In this document: positions 24,352 through 33,804 of the stretch, piece after piece
Layout: each line of letters opens with the position of its first letter
Numbering within the stretch: the stretch's first letter is position 1
Assembly (NCBI GenBank): GCA_964605215.1
Contig: CAZSBD010000001.1
Span: forward strand, 1 to 43,753
Length of the DNA stretch: 43,753 bases
Origin: an uncultured Oscillospiraceae bacterium
Lineage (GTDB): Bacteria; Bacillota; Clostridia; Oscillospirales; Butyricicoccaceae
Direction: 5' to 3'
The notes under the pieces: model-generated
What the model was told of the DNA's origin: nothing
Seen by the model: the letters and a program-made list of their open reading frames with translations, nothing else
The model's database searches: none
Position numbers and translations under genes: made by a program

Positions 24352-25197
24352 CTACGAGACAAAGCCCAAACGGTCAAGCTGTTTGATATGCTCCTTCCCG
24401 GTGGTCAACAGATAAATTCTTGTAGTTTCAATGGAAGAATGCCCCAGCACATCGGCCAGCCGCGCAATATCCTTACAGGTTTTATAAAACGCTCTGGCAA
24501 ACAGGTGGCGCAGGTTGTGCGGGAACACCTTAGACGGTTCTACGTTTGCGTATTTGCATAGCCCTTTCATTTCCGCCCAAATCTGGCGGCGCGACAGGCT
24601 TTTTCCGCTTCTGGTGAGAAAAATCTCACCGGAAGCGATTTTTTGCTTTTTGGCGTATTTTTCCAGCTTGCGGCGCAGCTTGTTTGGCAGCAAGATCGTG
24701 CGGATTTTGCCCTTCAGAGAGATTTCCACCCGGCTCCGCCGCACCGCTTCCACGGTGATATATTTTACCTCGCTCACCCGGATGCCTGTAGCGCAGATGG
24801 TTTCCATTACCAGAGCCAGCCGGCTCTGTCCTCGCTCCTTGGCCTCTGCCACCAAACTGTCATACTCCTGTCTGGTCAGTTCCCTGGACTGCTCCCGGAA
24901 CAGCCGCTTTTGAACCTTGAGAAATTTCACACGGCAATCCTCCCAGCCAAGAAAACGGAATAAACCGTTGAGAGCGGCTATCATGGCGTTAATCGTGGAG
25001 GAGGCGTACTGCTGAGATAAAAGGGATTCCTTCCACTGGGTAACAACCTCTTTTGTAACAGCTCTGCCCTCCAGCCATGTGAAAAAGGCCCGCACATCCC
25101 GCAGGTATTTTTCAACCGTGGCAGCGGCCTGCTCCTCCGCTTGCAGATGATGGCTGTAGGCGGCAATCTGTGCCGCTGACAATACGTGCTTAGACAT
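24352..25197 (-). CDS. stand-alone tyrosine site-specific recombinase (XerC/D / phage-integrase family)
   Basis: ATG at 25197 lies 6 nt after GGGAGG. It has an N-terminal SAM-like domain (TVEKYLRDVRAFFTWL) and catalytic-domain signatures (ATGIRVSEV, HNLRHLFA, LGHSSIETTRIY with the terminal Tyr). Confidence 0.9.
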   Translation of the reverse strand: MSKHVLSAAQIAAYSHHLQAEEQAAATVEKYLRDVRAFFTWLEGRAVTKEVVTQWKESLLSQQYASSTINAMIAALNGLFRFLGWEDCRVKFLKVQKRLFREQSRELTRQEYDSLVAEAKERGQSRLALVMETICATGIRVSEVKYITVEAVRRSRVEISLKGKIRTILLPNKLRRKLEKYAKKQKIASGEIFLTRSGKSLSRRQIWAEMKGLCKYANVEPSKVFPHNLRHLFARAFYKTCKDIARLADVLGHSSIETTRIYLLTTGKEHIKQLDRLGFVS

Positions 25198-25217
25198 AAA
25201 AAAACCTCCCAATTCAA

Positions 25218-25245
25218 GTAATACCAGTATTTTGTCTTGTCCAAA
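25218..25245 (-). promoter_or_regulatory. possible extended -10 promoter of the recombinase gene
   Basis: The minus strand reads TTTGGA, a 16-nt spacer, then TGgTATTAC, ~20 nt upstream of the RBS. The -35 element is weak. Confidence 0.3.
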
Positions 25246-25503
25246 ATATTCTATTCATAAAAAATGCTCCGCGCCGTCCTTATCCTTGGACAACGCGGGG
25301 CTGAAAAATCTGTTCCAAGTGGAAACCCCTTATTTTGCGCGGAAAACCGATCTGCCAACAAAGGGGCGCTCTTGACAGCGATGATACCGATGCCTTCCTC
25401 TCCCTTTTTTCATGTTTACTTGCCGTTACCTTTGCGATACCTCTCAAGAAGACGGAATTCCCCCTGTTTTCTTCTCCCGGATTTTGATTTTCATCGGAAA
25501 GTC

Positions 25504-25539
25504 AAATCGCCTGAATCCACAAAAGGATTCAGGCGATTT
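25504..25539. terminator. 15-bp-stem hairpin terminator (bidirectional context)
   Basis: Stem AAATCGCCTGAATCC (25504-25518) pairs with GGATTCAGGCGATTT (25525-25539). The tail is gTTTTa on the plus strand. It lies 4 nt after the stop of the minus-strand membrane-protein gene. Confidence 0.7.
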
Positions 25540-25542
25540 GTT

Positions 25543-27441
25543 TTATGACTCCAATATTTTAACCGATTCAAATGTCTCATCCGAAACCTGAGATTCCGTC
25601 TCTTCCTGTGCCTGGGTTTTTACCGCCTTCTCCGGCTCCTGGCCCTCCCGGGCAATGGAATCCGCAGACAGAATGCTGCCTTCCGCCGGGCTATAGGTGA
25701 TAGTCACCCGGTCGCCGGTGTTGAGGATCACCGCTAAGGGATACTCTCTGGCGTTGATGGTGTAATACGCATCGCCGCCCTCCAGCCGGAAGAAGAAGAA
25801 GGTATCGCCGTTCATATTGGCAGACCGGATCTCTGTAATGGCACCGGTGACGCTCTGGCTTGCCTCAGTACCGCTGGACTTGCCTGTGCCGTCATCATCA
25901 ATCAGCTTATTTTTGATGAGCATCGTATGATAATTGTCCTGGCAGTCCTCTACCGTGCTGCCAGTGGCTACAATCTGATACTGCTGTACGTTGACCATAG
26001 CATACATCTTGACCAAGCCGCCGTCATCCTTCAAAGCCATAAAATACGTGGGCTGATCGGAAATATTCAGCAGCAGGGGGAAGGTAGCGCTGTACTTATA
26101 CTGCTGCACGGCGCCTTCCGCAGATTCCATAGCGGAGAACTCCTCCGCGCCGGCACAGGAATAATACTTGGATTCCTTGGTACGCTGGTTGACCAGGATG
26201 AAGCCGATATTACCCCGGTCACCGGTAATGGAGGTGACGCCGGTATACAGCCAAACATCATCGTTCTGGGCAATATAGTTATAGCCGGTGGTGGTGGCGG
26301 TACAGCCACTCTGGCCGAAAAGGGAGTTCCAAAAACCGTTGTGATATTTGCCGTAGTAGTTATACTGCTCAATCACCAGGGAAGCGGAGTTGACCCGATC
26401 CACCCAGGTGGGCACGTCAGCCACATCGTAATACTGGCTTTCGCCGGTGACCGCGTTTAAAATCACGGCTCCCTTGACATCCGCGCCGCCGAACAGGCCG
26501 ATGGTCTTATCAATTACAGAGGCCACCCAATAGGGGGTTCCGTTCTCAAAATTCACATCGTTGAACATTTTGGTCGGATAATGCAGGCGGAGGTAACGGT
26601 TCAGATCCCGGTTCAGGTATTCTGAAGGGGAAATGCGGATGCCCTGATCCAGACGGGCTACCTTGACGTCCTGGGTCACCATATCCACAATCATATAGGC
26701 GGGAATGCCTTCCCTCTGGTTGGCAAACCACTTAAAAATATTGCCGTAATTCAAGTACGTCACCCGCACCGGCTTGCCCTTATAGTTGATCTGAGCGGTG
26801 GAGGTGCTGACGGTGAACTGGGAAACCAGATCGGAAAGCTCGCCCAGCTTTCGGTTGGTCAGCTTGTTGGCGGAATCCTCGTCCAGCATGGGGATCTGGT
26901 CAAAGGAAATTTCCGCCACTTCCTCTGTAAAATCTCCCGTCTCCGTTTTCAGCAGGGAGGAATACGCCTGGGTGCGAAAGATCACCAAGCCGGATACCAC
27001 GCCGATAGCCACCACAATCACCATAGCGATCAGGATGAAAAAGGGAACTCGCAGATTTTTTTTCGTATAAGCCAGATATTCCCCTGGGGTCTCCGCCCGG
27101 AAGCCGTTTAACACGATCCTGCTCACGCTGTAAACCAGGCACAGCCAGAACAGGAACCAGTAGGTTTCCGGCGCATGAATATTGATGGGGGGAATTTCCA
27201 CATAAAAATAAATGGCGCCAAAAATCAGGGTAATCAGCAGGCTTTTTATCAGCCGGCTGGCCGGTGTGCCCTTGGGAGGCTTTGACTCTCTTTTGGGCCG
27301 GGGAGAACCGCCGGAGCTTTGACCGCCGCCAAAGGGATTTTGCCCTCCGTCAAAAGCTCCCTGACCGAAACCGCCTTGGCCAAAGCCGCCCATATTGCCC
27401 ATAGGATTAAAAAACATTTGTAGGATTTTCTGAAATGACAT
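25543..27441 (-). CDS. membrane protein of unknown function: Gly-rich N-terminus, ~3 TM segments and a large extracytoplasmic domain
   Basis: ATG at 27441 lies 6 nt after AAAGGAG, giving 632 aa. The N-terminus is MSFQKILQMFFNPMGNMGGFGQGGFGQGAFDGGQNPFGGGQ. Hydrophobic segments include LLITLIFGAIYFYV, YWFLFWLCLVYSV and FFILIAMVIVVAIGVVSGLVIF. I do not recognise a family. Confidence 0.7.
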   Translation of the reverse strand: MSFQKILQMFFNPMGNMGGFGQGGFGQGAFDGGQNPFGGGQSSGGSPRPKRESKPPKGTPASRLIKSLLITLIFGAIYFYVEIPPINIHAPETYWFLFWLCLVYSVSRIVLNGFRAETPGEYLAYTKKNLRVPFFILIAMVIVVAIGVVSGLVIFRTQAYSSLLKTETGDFTEEVAEISFDQIPMLDEDSANKLTNRKLGELSDLVSQFTVSTSTAQINYKGKPVRVTYLNYGNIFKWFANQREGIPAYMIVDMVTQDVKVARLDQGIRISPSEYLNRDLNRYLRLHYPTKMFNDVNFENGTPYWVASVIDKTIGLFGGADVKGAVILNAVTGESQYYDVADVPTWVDRVNSASLVIEQYNYYGKYHNGFWNSLFGQSGCTATTTGYNYIAQNDDVWLYTGVTSITGDRGNIGFILVNQRTKESKYYSCAGAEEFSAMESAEGAVQQYKYSATFPLLLNISDQPTYFMALKDDGGLVKMYAMVNVQQYQIVATGSTVEDCQDNYHTMLIKNKLIDDDGTGKSSGTEASQSVTGAITEIRSANMNGDTFFFFRLEGGDAYYTINAREYPLAVILNTGDRVTITYSPAEGSILSADSIAREGQEPEKAVKTQAQEETESQVSDETFESVKILES

Positions 27442-27629
27442 AGATTTCTCCTTTTTGTTCCAAGCACTGTTTGATGCCCCCGATGGGGCCAGGCCCCCAG
27501 CGCTGTAGAGCTTCTGTCCATTTATTATAGCAACATCCCAAATAAAATACAAGGCGGGAAGGCCGCCAGCACAGGGAATCCAGATTTTGGATATCTTTTT
27601 TATTTCTCTCCGCCAGCTTATGAGAAGGA

Positions 27630-27658
27630 GTTATAAATTTCCATCTCTCTCATACAAT
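27630..27658 (+). promoter_or_regulatory. possible mother-cell sporulation sigma (sigma-E/K-type) promoter
   Basis: CATACAAT at 27651-27658 matches the sigma-E -10 consensus CATACA-T, with an ATA-containing element (TTATAAA) upstream. It lies ~30 nt before the ATG at 27688. The spacing is not ideal. Confidence 0.3.
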
Positions 27659-27687
27659 GGAATAGTACCATTTTTAGGAGGAATTTT

Positions 27688-28077
27688 ATGGCTGATCAAG
27701 AATACGGCTTTCTTAAGGTCTTTGTCACCACCGCCAGCGGCACCATTCCCCTGCCCGGCGCCGCCGTTGCAATATCCCGGCAGGAAAACGGACAGACCAT
27801 CCTGCTTCATACCGCCCGTACGGACGCAAGCGGCCAAACGCCCATCTTTTCCCTGCCTGCGCCGCCTTTGGCTTATTCCGAATCTCCGGGGAATCCCACC
27901 CCCTTCCAGATGTATTTGGTGGAGACCACCCTAGACGGTTATGTGCCGGTTGCCAAGTATCAGGTTCCGGTTTATGCCCAAACCCAGGCCATTCTGCCGA
28001 TTGCTATGATCCCCACCGGCATTGATGGCCAGCCCCCGATCTTTATCTCCTCTGCCGGCAATGAGCCAAATCTATAA
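27688..28077 (+). CDS. SleC N-terminal pro-region-like protein (carboxypeptidase-regulatory-like beta-sandwich)
   Basis: 129-aa ORF with AGGAGG upstream. The sequence (GFLKVFVTTASGTIPLPGAAVAISRQ...TDASGQTPIFSLPAP...YLVETTLDGYVPV) resembles, from memory, the N-terminal segment of clostridial SleC pre-pro-enzymes. Confidence 0.5.
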   Translation: MADQEYGFLKVFVTTASGTIPLPGAAVAISRQENGQTILLHTARTDASGQTPIFSLPAPPLAYSESPGNPTPFQMYLVETTLDGYVPVAKYQVPVYAQTQAILPIAMIPTGIDGQPPIFISSAGNEPNL

Positions 28078-28089
28078 AGGAGGTTTGTT

Positions 28090-29502
28090 ATGCCCGAAGT
28101 CCTAACCCCTATCATTCCCAACAATATCACCGTCCATTTGGGGCCTCCTGCATCCAATGCCCGAAACGTGACGGTACCTTTTGTGGATTATCTCAAAAAC
28201 GTGGCCTCCAGCGAAATCTATCCCACCTGGCCGGAAAGCGCCCTGCGTGCCAATATCTATGCCCAGATCTCCTTTGCCCTCAACCGGATCTATACGGAAT
28301 GGTATCCCAGCCGGGGCTATAATTTTGACATCACCAATTCCACCGCCTACGACCAGTCTTTTGTGGAAGGCCGGGATTTTTTTGAGTCAGTCAGTCAAAT
28401 CGTAGATGATATTTTTAACAATTACCTGGCTCGCCCCGGCGCGATCGAGCCGCTTTTTGCCCAATACTGCAACGGCACGACCGTCACCTGTGACGGCCTG
28501 TCTCAATGGGGCACAGTACCCCTGGCTCAGCAGGGGCTCACCCCTTATCAGATCCTGACCACCTACTACGGCAATGACCTGAACATCATCCGCAACGCCC
28601 CTCAGGGGGAAAACATCCCCTCCTATCCGGGCACGCCTTTACGCCTGGGCGCTACCGGCAACAACGTCCAGCGGATTCAGCGGCAGCTGAACCGGATTTC
28701 CACCAATTACCCGGCCATTGATAAGATCTATCCGGAAAGCGGCGTTTATGACCTGAATACCGAGACCTCTGTCCGGCAATTTCAAGAGATCTTCAGTCTG
28801 GAGCCGGACGGCATTGTGGGCAAGGGTACCTGGTATCAGCTCATCCGCATTTTCAACGCCGTCAAGCATCTTTCCGAGCTGGACAGTGAAGGGCTGACCA
28901 TGAACGAGGTTTCTTTTCAATATTCAGAAACCCTGCGGCTGGGCAATTCCGGCCTGGCCACGGAAAGCCTGCAATATTTTCTGCGGGTGCTTCGTCAGTA
29001 TTATCCGGAGATTCCGGAGGTTACCATGGACGGCTATTTTGGGGAGCAGACCCGTCAGGCTGTGCTGGCTGCCCAGCGGCTGTTTGGCCTGCCTCAGGAC
29101 GGCATTGTAGGCCCGGTGACCTGGAATGCCCTTTTGAACGCCTACCAGAATCTGATCGATTCCCAGATCCTGGTCTTATCCCCCAGCGGCGCGCCCCTTT
29201 ATCAGGGCCGGCCTTTGGTGCTTGGCATAAGCGGCGATGATGTTCGGATGCTGCAGACCTATTTGCAGGAAATCAGCCGCAGCTATCCCTCCATTCCCTC
29301 TGTCCCGGTAACCGGCTATTACGGAGAACAGACCCGGGCGGCTGTCATCGCCTTTCAGGAGCTTTTCGGGCCGGAGGTGACCGGCTCTGTAGGCCCGGTG
29401 ACCTGGGACGCCATCGCCAGCCTGTATGTTGAACTGAAGGACAGCAGCCGGACTTCCCAGGGTCAATATCCCGGCTATCCCATTGGAGGAGGAGAGGAAT
29501 GA
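28090..29502 (+). CDS. SleC-like spore cortex-lytic enzyme body with three PG_binding_1 repeats
   Basis: AAGGAGG lies upstream. The N-terminal ~170 aa (ITVHLGPPASNARNVTVPFVDYLKNVASSEIYPTWPESALRANIYAQISFALNRIYTEWYPSRGYNFDITNST) resemble the SleC catalytic region. Three peptidoglycan-binding repeats follow (...DGIVGKGTWYQL, ...DGIVGPVTWNAL, ...GSVGPVTWDAI). Confidence 0.65.
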   Translation: MPEVLTPIIPNNITVHLGPPASNARNVTVPFVDYLKNVASSEIYPTWPESALRANIYAQISFALNRIYTEWYPSRGYNFDITNSTAYDQSFVEGRDFFESVSQIVDDIFNNYLARPGAIEPLFAQYCNGTTVTCDGLSQWGTVPLAQQGLTPYQILTTYYGNDLNIIRNAPQGENIPSYPGTPLRLGATGNNVQRIQRQLNRISTNYPAIDKIYPESGVYDLNTETSVRQFQEIFSLEPDGIVGKGTWYQLIRIFNAVKHLSELDSEGLTMNEVSFQYSETLRLGNSGLATESLQYFLRVLRQYYPEIPEVTMDGYFGEQTRQAVLAAQRLFGLPQDGIVGPVTWNALLNAYQNLIDSQILVLSPSGAPLYQGRPLVLGISGDDVRMLQTYLQEISRSYPSIPSVPVTGYYGEQTRAAVIAFQELFGPEVTGSVGPVTWDAIASLYVELKDSSRTSQGQYPGYPIGGGEE

Positions 29503-30038
29503 GATATACCCATGAACAGCAGCGGGAGCATACCCGTCAGTTTCAGCGCTTTTTGCGCACCATTCATCAATACACCGGGGATATCCCCAATGTAGACGCC
29601 AACGGCGTCTTTTCCCAGCAGCTGGGCGAGGTCATCGCCATTTATCAGCAAAAACGGGGGCTGCCTGTCACCGGCCTGGGAGACCGGGAAACCTGGCATA
29701 CCGCTTATGAAGAGCAGCAGAATCTTTTGGAGCTTTTCAGCACAGCCACCGCCATCCATATCTTTCCCAGTCTGAATTTTACCCTGCACCTGGGCAGCAC
29801 CGGCGGCATCGTTTACATCATCCAGGCTATGCTCAACGCTTTGACCCCCCATTTTGATAATCTGGAGCCTGTGCCCTACACCGGTCTTTTAGACGGCGCC
29901 ACTGCCGAACAAATCCGTCTGCTTCAGCGCACCGCCGCTTATCCGGAAACCGGAGAAGTGGATAAGCGGACCTGGAATCTGCTGGCCTCTATGTTCAACA
30001 GCTACGCCGCCCGCCGGCCTACAGAATTTCCCGGTTGA
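29499..30038 (+). CDS. peptidoglycan-binding domain protein (two PG_binding_1-like repeats)
   Basis: The ATGA overlap with the upstream gene suggests translational coupling. Repeat ends are ...LPVTGLGDRETWHTA and ...PETGEVDKRTWNLL. Confidence 0.65.
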   Translation: MRYTHEQQREHTRQFQRFLRTIHQYTGDIPNVDANGVFSQQLGEVIAIYQQKRGLPVTGLGDRETWHTAYEEQQNLLELFSTATAIHIFPSLNFTLHLGSTGGIVYIIQAMLNALTPHFDNLEPVPYTGLLDGATAEQIRLLQRTAAYPETGEVDKRTWNLLASMFNSYAARRPTEFPG

Positions 30039-30138
30039 TTTTCCGTGAGAAAGAGCTGGAATTTTCTTGCTTCCCCCGTTATTTTACGGTATAATAAGAA
30101 CTAACCATGTGATTCTTATGACCTGTCGGAGGAAGTCT

Positions 30139-30900
30139 ATGAAACGATTTGGCGTTCTTTTTTTGTCTGCCTCTTTGGCTGTAACCATGACCGCATGCGG
30201 CTCCCCGCCGTCTACCAATTCTTCTAACGTCCCAGATGCCTACACTTCTTCCCATGTAAGCTCCGGGGAGGATTCTTCTGCCACTCCCTTTCCTGGCTCC
30301 CAGGCCAAAACAGAGACCCTGTATGCCAAGCTGGTGGAGCAGGTAGAGATGGGCAATTATTACGCCGCTTCCCATACCTATCAGTCTGGCGGCTCCGCCT
30401 TGGCTGAATATCAGGACGCTGCCGCTTATGACCAGTACGCCCGTGCCCTTTTCCTGTATCATAGCAAGGAAAGCAGCTGCTTAGGCCAGCCATATTTTTT
30501 GCTTGACCAGATCCCGGCGGATTTCCTTTCCACCGCCCAAGTGAAGGAAGAAATCCAAGCCCTGGTATCCCCCTACGAGGGTGTCTATACCATGTCTCAA
30601 AACGGGGTCCGCTACCGCATCAGCATTCATAACGGTCTGCTTTCCTTTGAGGTGATGACCAGTTCCTCGGGAAATCTGGGGAATTATCAGAGCCAGCTGA
30701 TCCAAATAGAAGATGGGAGCGACCCTGTGATGTACAGCACCAACTTGAATTACACCGGCCGGTCTGATCTAAATTATCGGCTGCGCTTGGAAGCGGAGGG
30801 TCAAAGCCTGGTGGTCGAAAACGCGGAGGACAGTCCTTTTGATGTGTTTGTGGGAACCTATGAAAAAATCTCAGACACCGCTTTGGACAGCAGAAAATAA
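30139..30900 (+). CDS. lipoprotein of unknown function
   Basis: ATG at 30139 follows GGAGGAAG. The signal and lipobox read MKRFGVLFLSASLAVTMTAC. The upstream ORF extension is rejected. Confidence 0.7.
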   Translation: MKRFGVLFLSASLAVTMTACGSPPSTNSSNVPDAYTSSHVSSGEDSSATPFPGSQAKTETLYAKLVEQVEMGNYYAASHTYQSGGSALAEYQDAAAYDQYARALFLYHSKESSCLGQPYFLLDQIPADFLSTAQVKEEIQALVSPYEGVYTMSQNGVRYRISIHNGLLSFEVMTSSSGNLGNYQSQLIQIEDGSDPVMYSTNLNYTGRSDLNYRLRLEAEGQSLVVENAEDSPFDVFVGTYEKISDTALDSRK

Positions 30901-30904
30901 GACA

Positions 30905-30945
30905 GAAACCTCTTTTCCTGTGGGAAAAGAGGTTTCTTTTCTTTT
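30905..30945. terminator. bidirectional rho-independent terminator between the lipoprotein gene and serS
   Basis: Stem GAAACCTCTTTTCC (30905-30918) pairs with GGAAAAGAGGTTTC (30923-30936), followed by TTTTCTTTT. Confidence 0.8.
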
Positions 30946-30951
30946 GATCTT

Positions 30952-32238
30952 TTACTTAATGATTTCCAGACCGCCCATATAAGGCCGCAGAGCCTCGGGA
31001 ATGGTAACGGTACCGTCTTCATTCTGGTAGTTTTCCAGAATGGCGGCAACGGTTCTGCCCACAGCCACGCCGGAACCGTTTAAGGTATGAGCATACCGGG
31101 GCTTGCCCTTCGCATCACGGCAACGGATGTTGGCTCTTCTTGCCTGGTAATCCAGGAAGTTGGAGCAGGAAGAAATCTCTACATACCGGTTATAGGAAGG
31201 CATCCAAACCTCGATATCATAGGTACAGGAAGAAGAGAAACCGATATCGCCGGTGGTCAGGCAAACCACCCGGTAGGGCAGGCCCAGGCCTTGCAGAACC
31301 CGCTCTGCCTCGGCAGTCAGATTTTCCAGCTGATTCCAGCTATCCTCGGGAGCGGTAAAGTTGACCAGCTCTACTTTGTTAAACTGATGCTGACGAATCA
31401 GGCCACGGGCGTCACGGCCGGCAGCGCCAGCCTCCCGGCGGAAGCATGCGGAGTAAGCGGCATAGCGGATGGGCAGCTCCTCAGCAGGGAGGATATCATC
31501 CCGGTACATATTGGTAACCGGCACTTCCGCAGTGGGGATCAGGAACAGATCCTTGTCCTCGCCGTCTTCCCGACCGCCTAAATTATACATCTGATCCCGG
31601 AACTTGGGCAGCTGTCCGGTACCGGTCATAGAAGCCTCATTGGCGATGAAAGGAGGCAGGATCTCGGTATAGCCGTTAGCGGTGTGGGTATCCAGAAAAT
31701 AGCTGATAATCGCTCTTTCCAGGCGGGCGCCCAGACCCTTGTAGAAATGGAACCGGGAACCGGTTACCTTGCCGGCAACCTCCGGCAGCAGGATCCCCAG
31801 ATCCTTACCAATGTCCCAATGCGCCTTAGGCTCGTAAGCAAAGTTTTTGGGCTCGCCGATGCGGCGCATTTCTACGCTTTCATTTTCCGCGCCCTCTGGC
31901 ACCTTGTCCGCCGGTACGTTGGGAACCAGCAGCAGGGTTTCCTTGAGCTGTGCCTCTACCTGAGCCTGCTGGGCGTCCAGAGCCTTGACCTCCTCCGCGA
32001 TCTGCTTCATTTCCGCCAAAGTCTCTGTTACATCCTCCCCTGCCTTTTTCTTGGCGGGAATGGACTTGGAAACCTTATTCTGCAGAGCCTTCTTCTGCTC
32101 TACAATGCCGATGATCTCTTTTCTCTTGTCATCCAGAGCCAAAATCTCATCAATTTCCTCATCGTAGGATTTACCTCGCATAGCCAGTCTTTCCTTGCAC
32201 TTTGCTGTGTTTTCCCGAATAAATCTAACGTCTAACAT
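30952..32238 (-). CDS. serS: seryl-tRNA synthetase
   Basis: 428 aa with an N-terminal coiled-coil arm ([11 protein letters not shown]...) and class-II motifs ([39 protein letters not shown]). Confidence 0.95.
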   Translation of the reverse strand: MLDVRFIRENTAKCKERLAMRGKSYDEEIDEILALDDKRKEIIGIVEQKKALQNKVSKSIPAKKKAGEDVTETLAEMKQIAEEVKALDAQQAQVEAQLKETLLLVPNVPADKVPEGAENESVEMRRIGEPKNFAYEPKAHWDIGKDLGILLPEVAGKVTGSRFHFYKGLGARLERAIISYFLDTHTANGYTEILPPFIANEASMTGTGQLPKFRDQMYNLGGREDGEDKDLFLIPTAEVPVTNMYRDDILPAEELPIRYAAYSACFRREAGAAGRDARGLIRQHQFNKVELVNFTAPEDSWNQLENLTAEAERVLQGLGLPYRVVCLTTGDIGFSSSCTYDIEVWMPSYNRYVEISSCSNFLDYQARRANIRCRDAKGKPRYAHTLNGSGVAVGRTVAAILENYQNEDGTVTIPEALRPYMGGLEIIK

Positions 32239-32256
32239 ATGATACTCCTCTTTCCG

Positions 32257-32901
32257 TTAATTTTCTGTTTGTTCAGCATTTTCCCCAGCTACCGCCTGGC
32301 GGATGGTCTGATATTCATCCCAAGCAACGCCGGTAAGCACGCCCTTCTCCCGATCCTGGAGTTGATTGCCGTAAGCGGTCTCCATCTGATCTATGATCTG
32401 CCGGCAGGATTCCCACTGGTCTTTCTGATAATTCTTTTCCAGCCGCCAGAGATAATCCAAAGCCTGGTTTTTTTCATCCAGAATCTTGCGGGCATCTGCC
32501 GCTGTCTGATCCTTTTCCACGCCGAAGATCTTATTATATTCCTCAATGGTTTTCTGCTGATCTGCAACCAAAGCCTGCAGCTTTTCCGCCTTGGCCTTGG
32601 CGCCTTGGGCCGCAGTGGTCTGCTCCGTGAGCTGAGAGTTCAGCCGGTTGGCCTTAACCTGGGTCACATAGGACATACCAATGAGCACCAGGGCGATAGA
32701 AAACAGGGCGATGATATAAAAGGTTAAAAACCGCCGGCCCTGCTTTTGAGCCTGGGTTTTGTCCGGTTCAGACTGAGTGTTTGCCGGCTCTGCCGGTTCG
32801 TTTTTTTCCCCCTGGGGATTTTGGCTTTCCCGCGCCGGCTCCGGTGAAGGCGGATGCCCCTTAATCTCTTTTTCCTCGGGAAGCTTTTTTTCTTCGTTCA
32901 A
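32257..32901 (-). CDS. membrane-anchored coiled-coil protein of unknown function
   Basis: TTG start lies 7 nt after AAAGGAGG. It has a Pro/Glu-rich N-terminus, one TM segment (FLTFYIIALFSIALVLIGMSYV) and a coiled-coil-like C-terminal half. It lies between parB and serS. Confidence 0.6.
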   Translation of the reverse strand: MNEEKKLPEEKEIKGHPPSPEPARESQNPQGEKNEPAEPANTQSEPDKTQAQKQGRRFLTFYIIALFSIALVLIGMSYVTQVKANRLNSQLTEQTTAAQGAKAKAEKLQALVADQQKTIEEYNKIFGVEKDQTAADARKILDEKNQALDYLWRLEKNYQKDQWESCRQIIDQMETAYGNQLQDREKGVLTGVAWDEYQTIRQAVAGENAEQTEN

Positions 32902-32914
32902 GCTTTTGCCTCCT

Positions 32915-33778
32915 TTATAGATTGAGTTTTTTCAGGCTCTGAAGCAGACGCTCCAGATCCTCGCCGCTATAAAATTCCAGGGAAAGCTGCCCCTTATCCC
33001 CATTTCTATGCAGGGTGACCTTGCGGCCCAGAGCGCTTTCCAGCTGTGCAGCGGCCTGCAAAGCCGCTTGGAAAAGGGTGTTCTCCTCTTCCCCTTTGGC
33101 TTGTTTTTTCATTCGCTTGATATAGCTTTCCGCCTGACGCACGGACATTTGCTTTTGGATCACCGCCTGGGCAGCCTCTGCCTGCCGCTCTCCTGCCGCC
33201 AAAATCGCCCGGGCGTGGCCGCCGGAAAGCTTGCCTTCCCGAACCAGCTTGCCAACCTCCGGGGTAAGACCCAAAAGCCGCAGGGAATTGGCCACGGCAG
33301 AACGGGATTTTCCCATCCGCTCCGCCACCTCCTCCTGGGTCAGGCCGTATTCCTGCATCAAGACGTGATAGCCTTCTGCTTCCTCCATCGGGTTCAGATC
33401 CTGCCGCTGCAGGTTTTCGATGAGGGCCATTTCCATGGTAGTCTTGGCATCCGCCCGAACCACCTTGGCGGGAATGGTCAGCAGGCCAATGTTGCGGGCA
33501 GCCCGCCACCGCCGCTCACCAGCGATGATCTGGTAATAGCCTTCTTCCTCAACCGGGCGCACGGTAATGGGGGTGATAACCCCATGCTGGCGAATGCTCT
33601 CCTCCAGCTCCCGAAGAGCGGCTTCCTCAAAATTTTTACGGGGCTGCTGCCGGTTTGGCTCAATTTTCACCAGTTCCAGATCATGCAGCCCTTCCTTTAA
33701 AGACGGCTTTTCCGTAAAATCCTCCCCCAACAAGGAGGAAAGACCCTTACCCAAACCGCTGTTTTTTCGATTTGCCAT
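32915..33778 (-). CDS. parB: chromosome partitioning protein ParB/Spo0J
   Basis: The ATG at 33778 gives MANRKNSGLGKGLSSLLG. It has the ParB box (IIAGERRWRAA) and HTH (GKSRSAVANSLRLLGL), and sits directly downstream of parA. Confidence 0.9.
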   Translation of the reverse strand: MANRKNSGLGKGLSSLLGEDFTEKPSLKEGLHDLELVKIEPNRQQPRKNFEEAALRELEESIRQHGVITPITVRPVEEEGYYQIIAGERRWRAARNIGLLTIPAKVVRADAKTTMEMALIENLQRQDLNPMEEAEGYHVLMQEYGLTQEEVAERMGKSRSAVANSLRLLGLTPEVGKLVREGKLSGGHARAILAAGERQAEAAQAVIQKQMSVRQAESYIKRMKKQAKGEEENTLFQAALQAAAQLESALGRKVTLHRNGDKGQLSLEFYSGEDLERLLQSLKKLNL

Positions 33779-33804
33779 AGTATTCCCCTTTTCTTTGCAT
33801 TCCA

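Noticed and set aside
25451-25461. GACGGAATTCC resembles the IRR core (GACGGAAT-ATTGAT-TCC) with the central 6 nt missing. It lies on the far side of the recombinase gene, so it could be a possible third recombination site.
   Set aside because: Only 8 contiguous matching bases plus 3 are shared, which is within chance expectation for a 43-kb window. The AATATT centre of the repeat is absent.
25264-25500. A 94-aa plus-strand ORF, or a possible small gene, in the spacer upstream of the recombinase gene.
   Set aside because: The translation is not protein-like (Pro/Arg/Leu/Ser-rich). It has no RBS and no recognisable motif, and I saw no tRNA-like or att-like repeat either. It is left unannotated.
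32239-32256. A T-box leader was expected upstream of serS.
   Set aside because: Only 18 nt separate serS from the upstream gene, so there is no room for a T-box. serS appears to be co-transcribed with the parAB-distal hypothetical gene.
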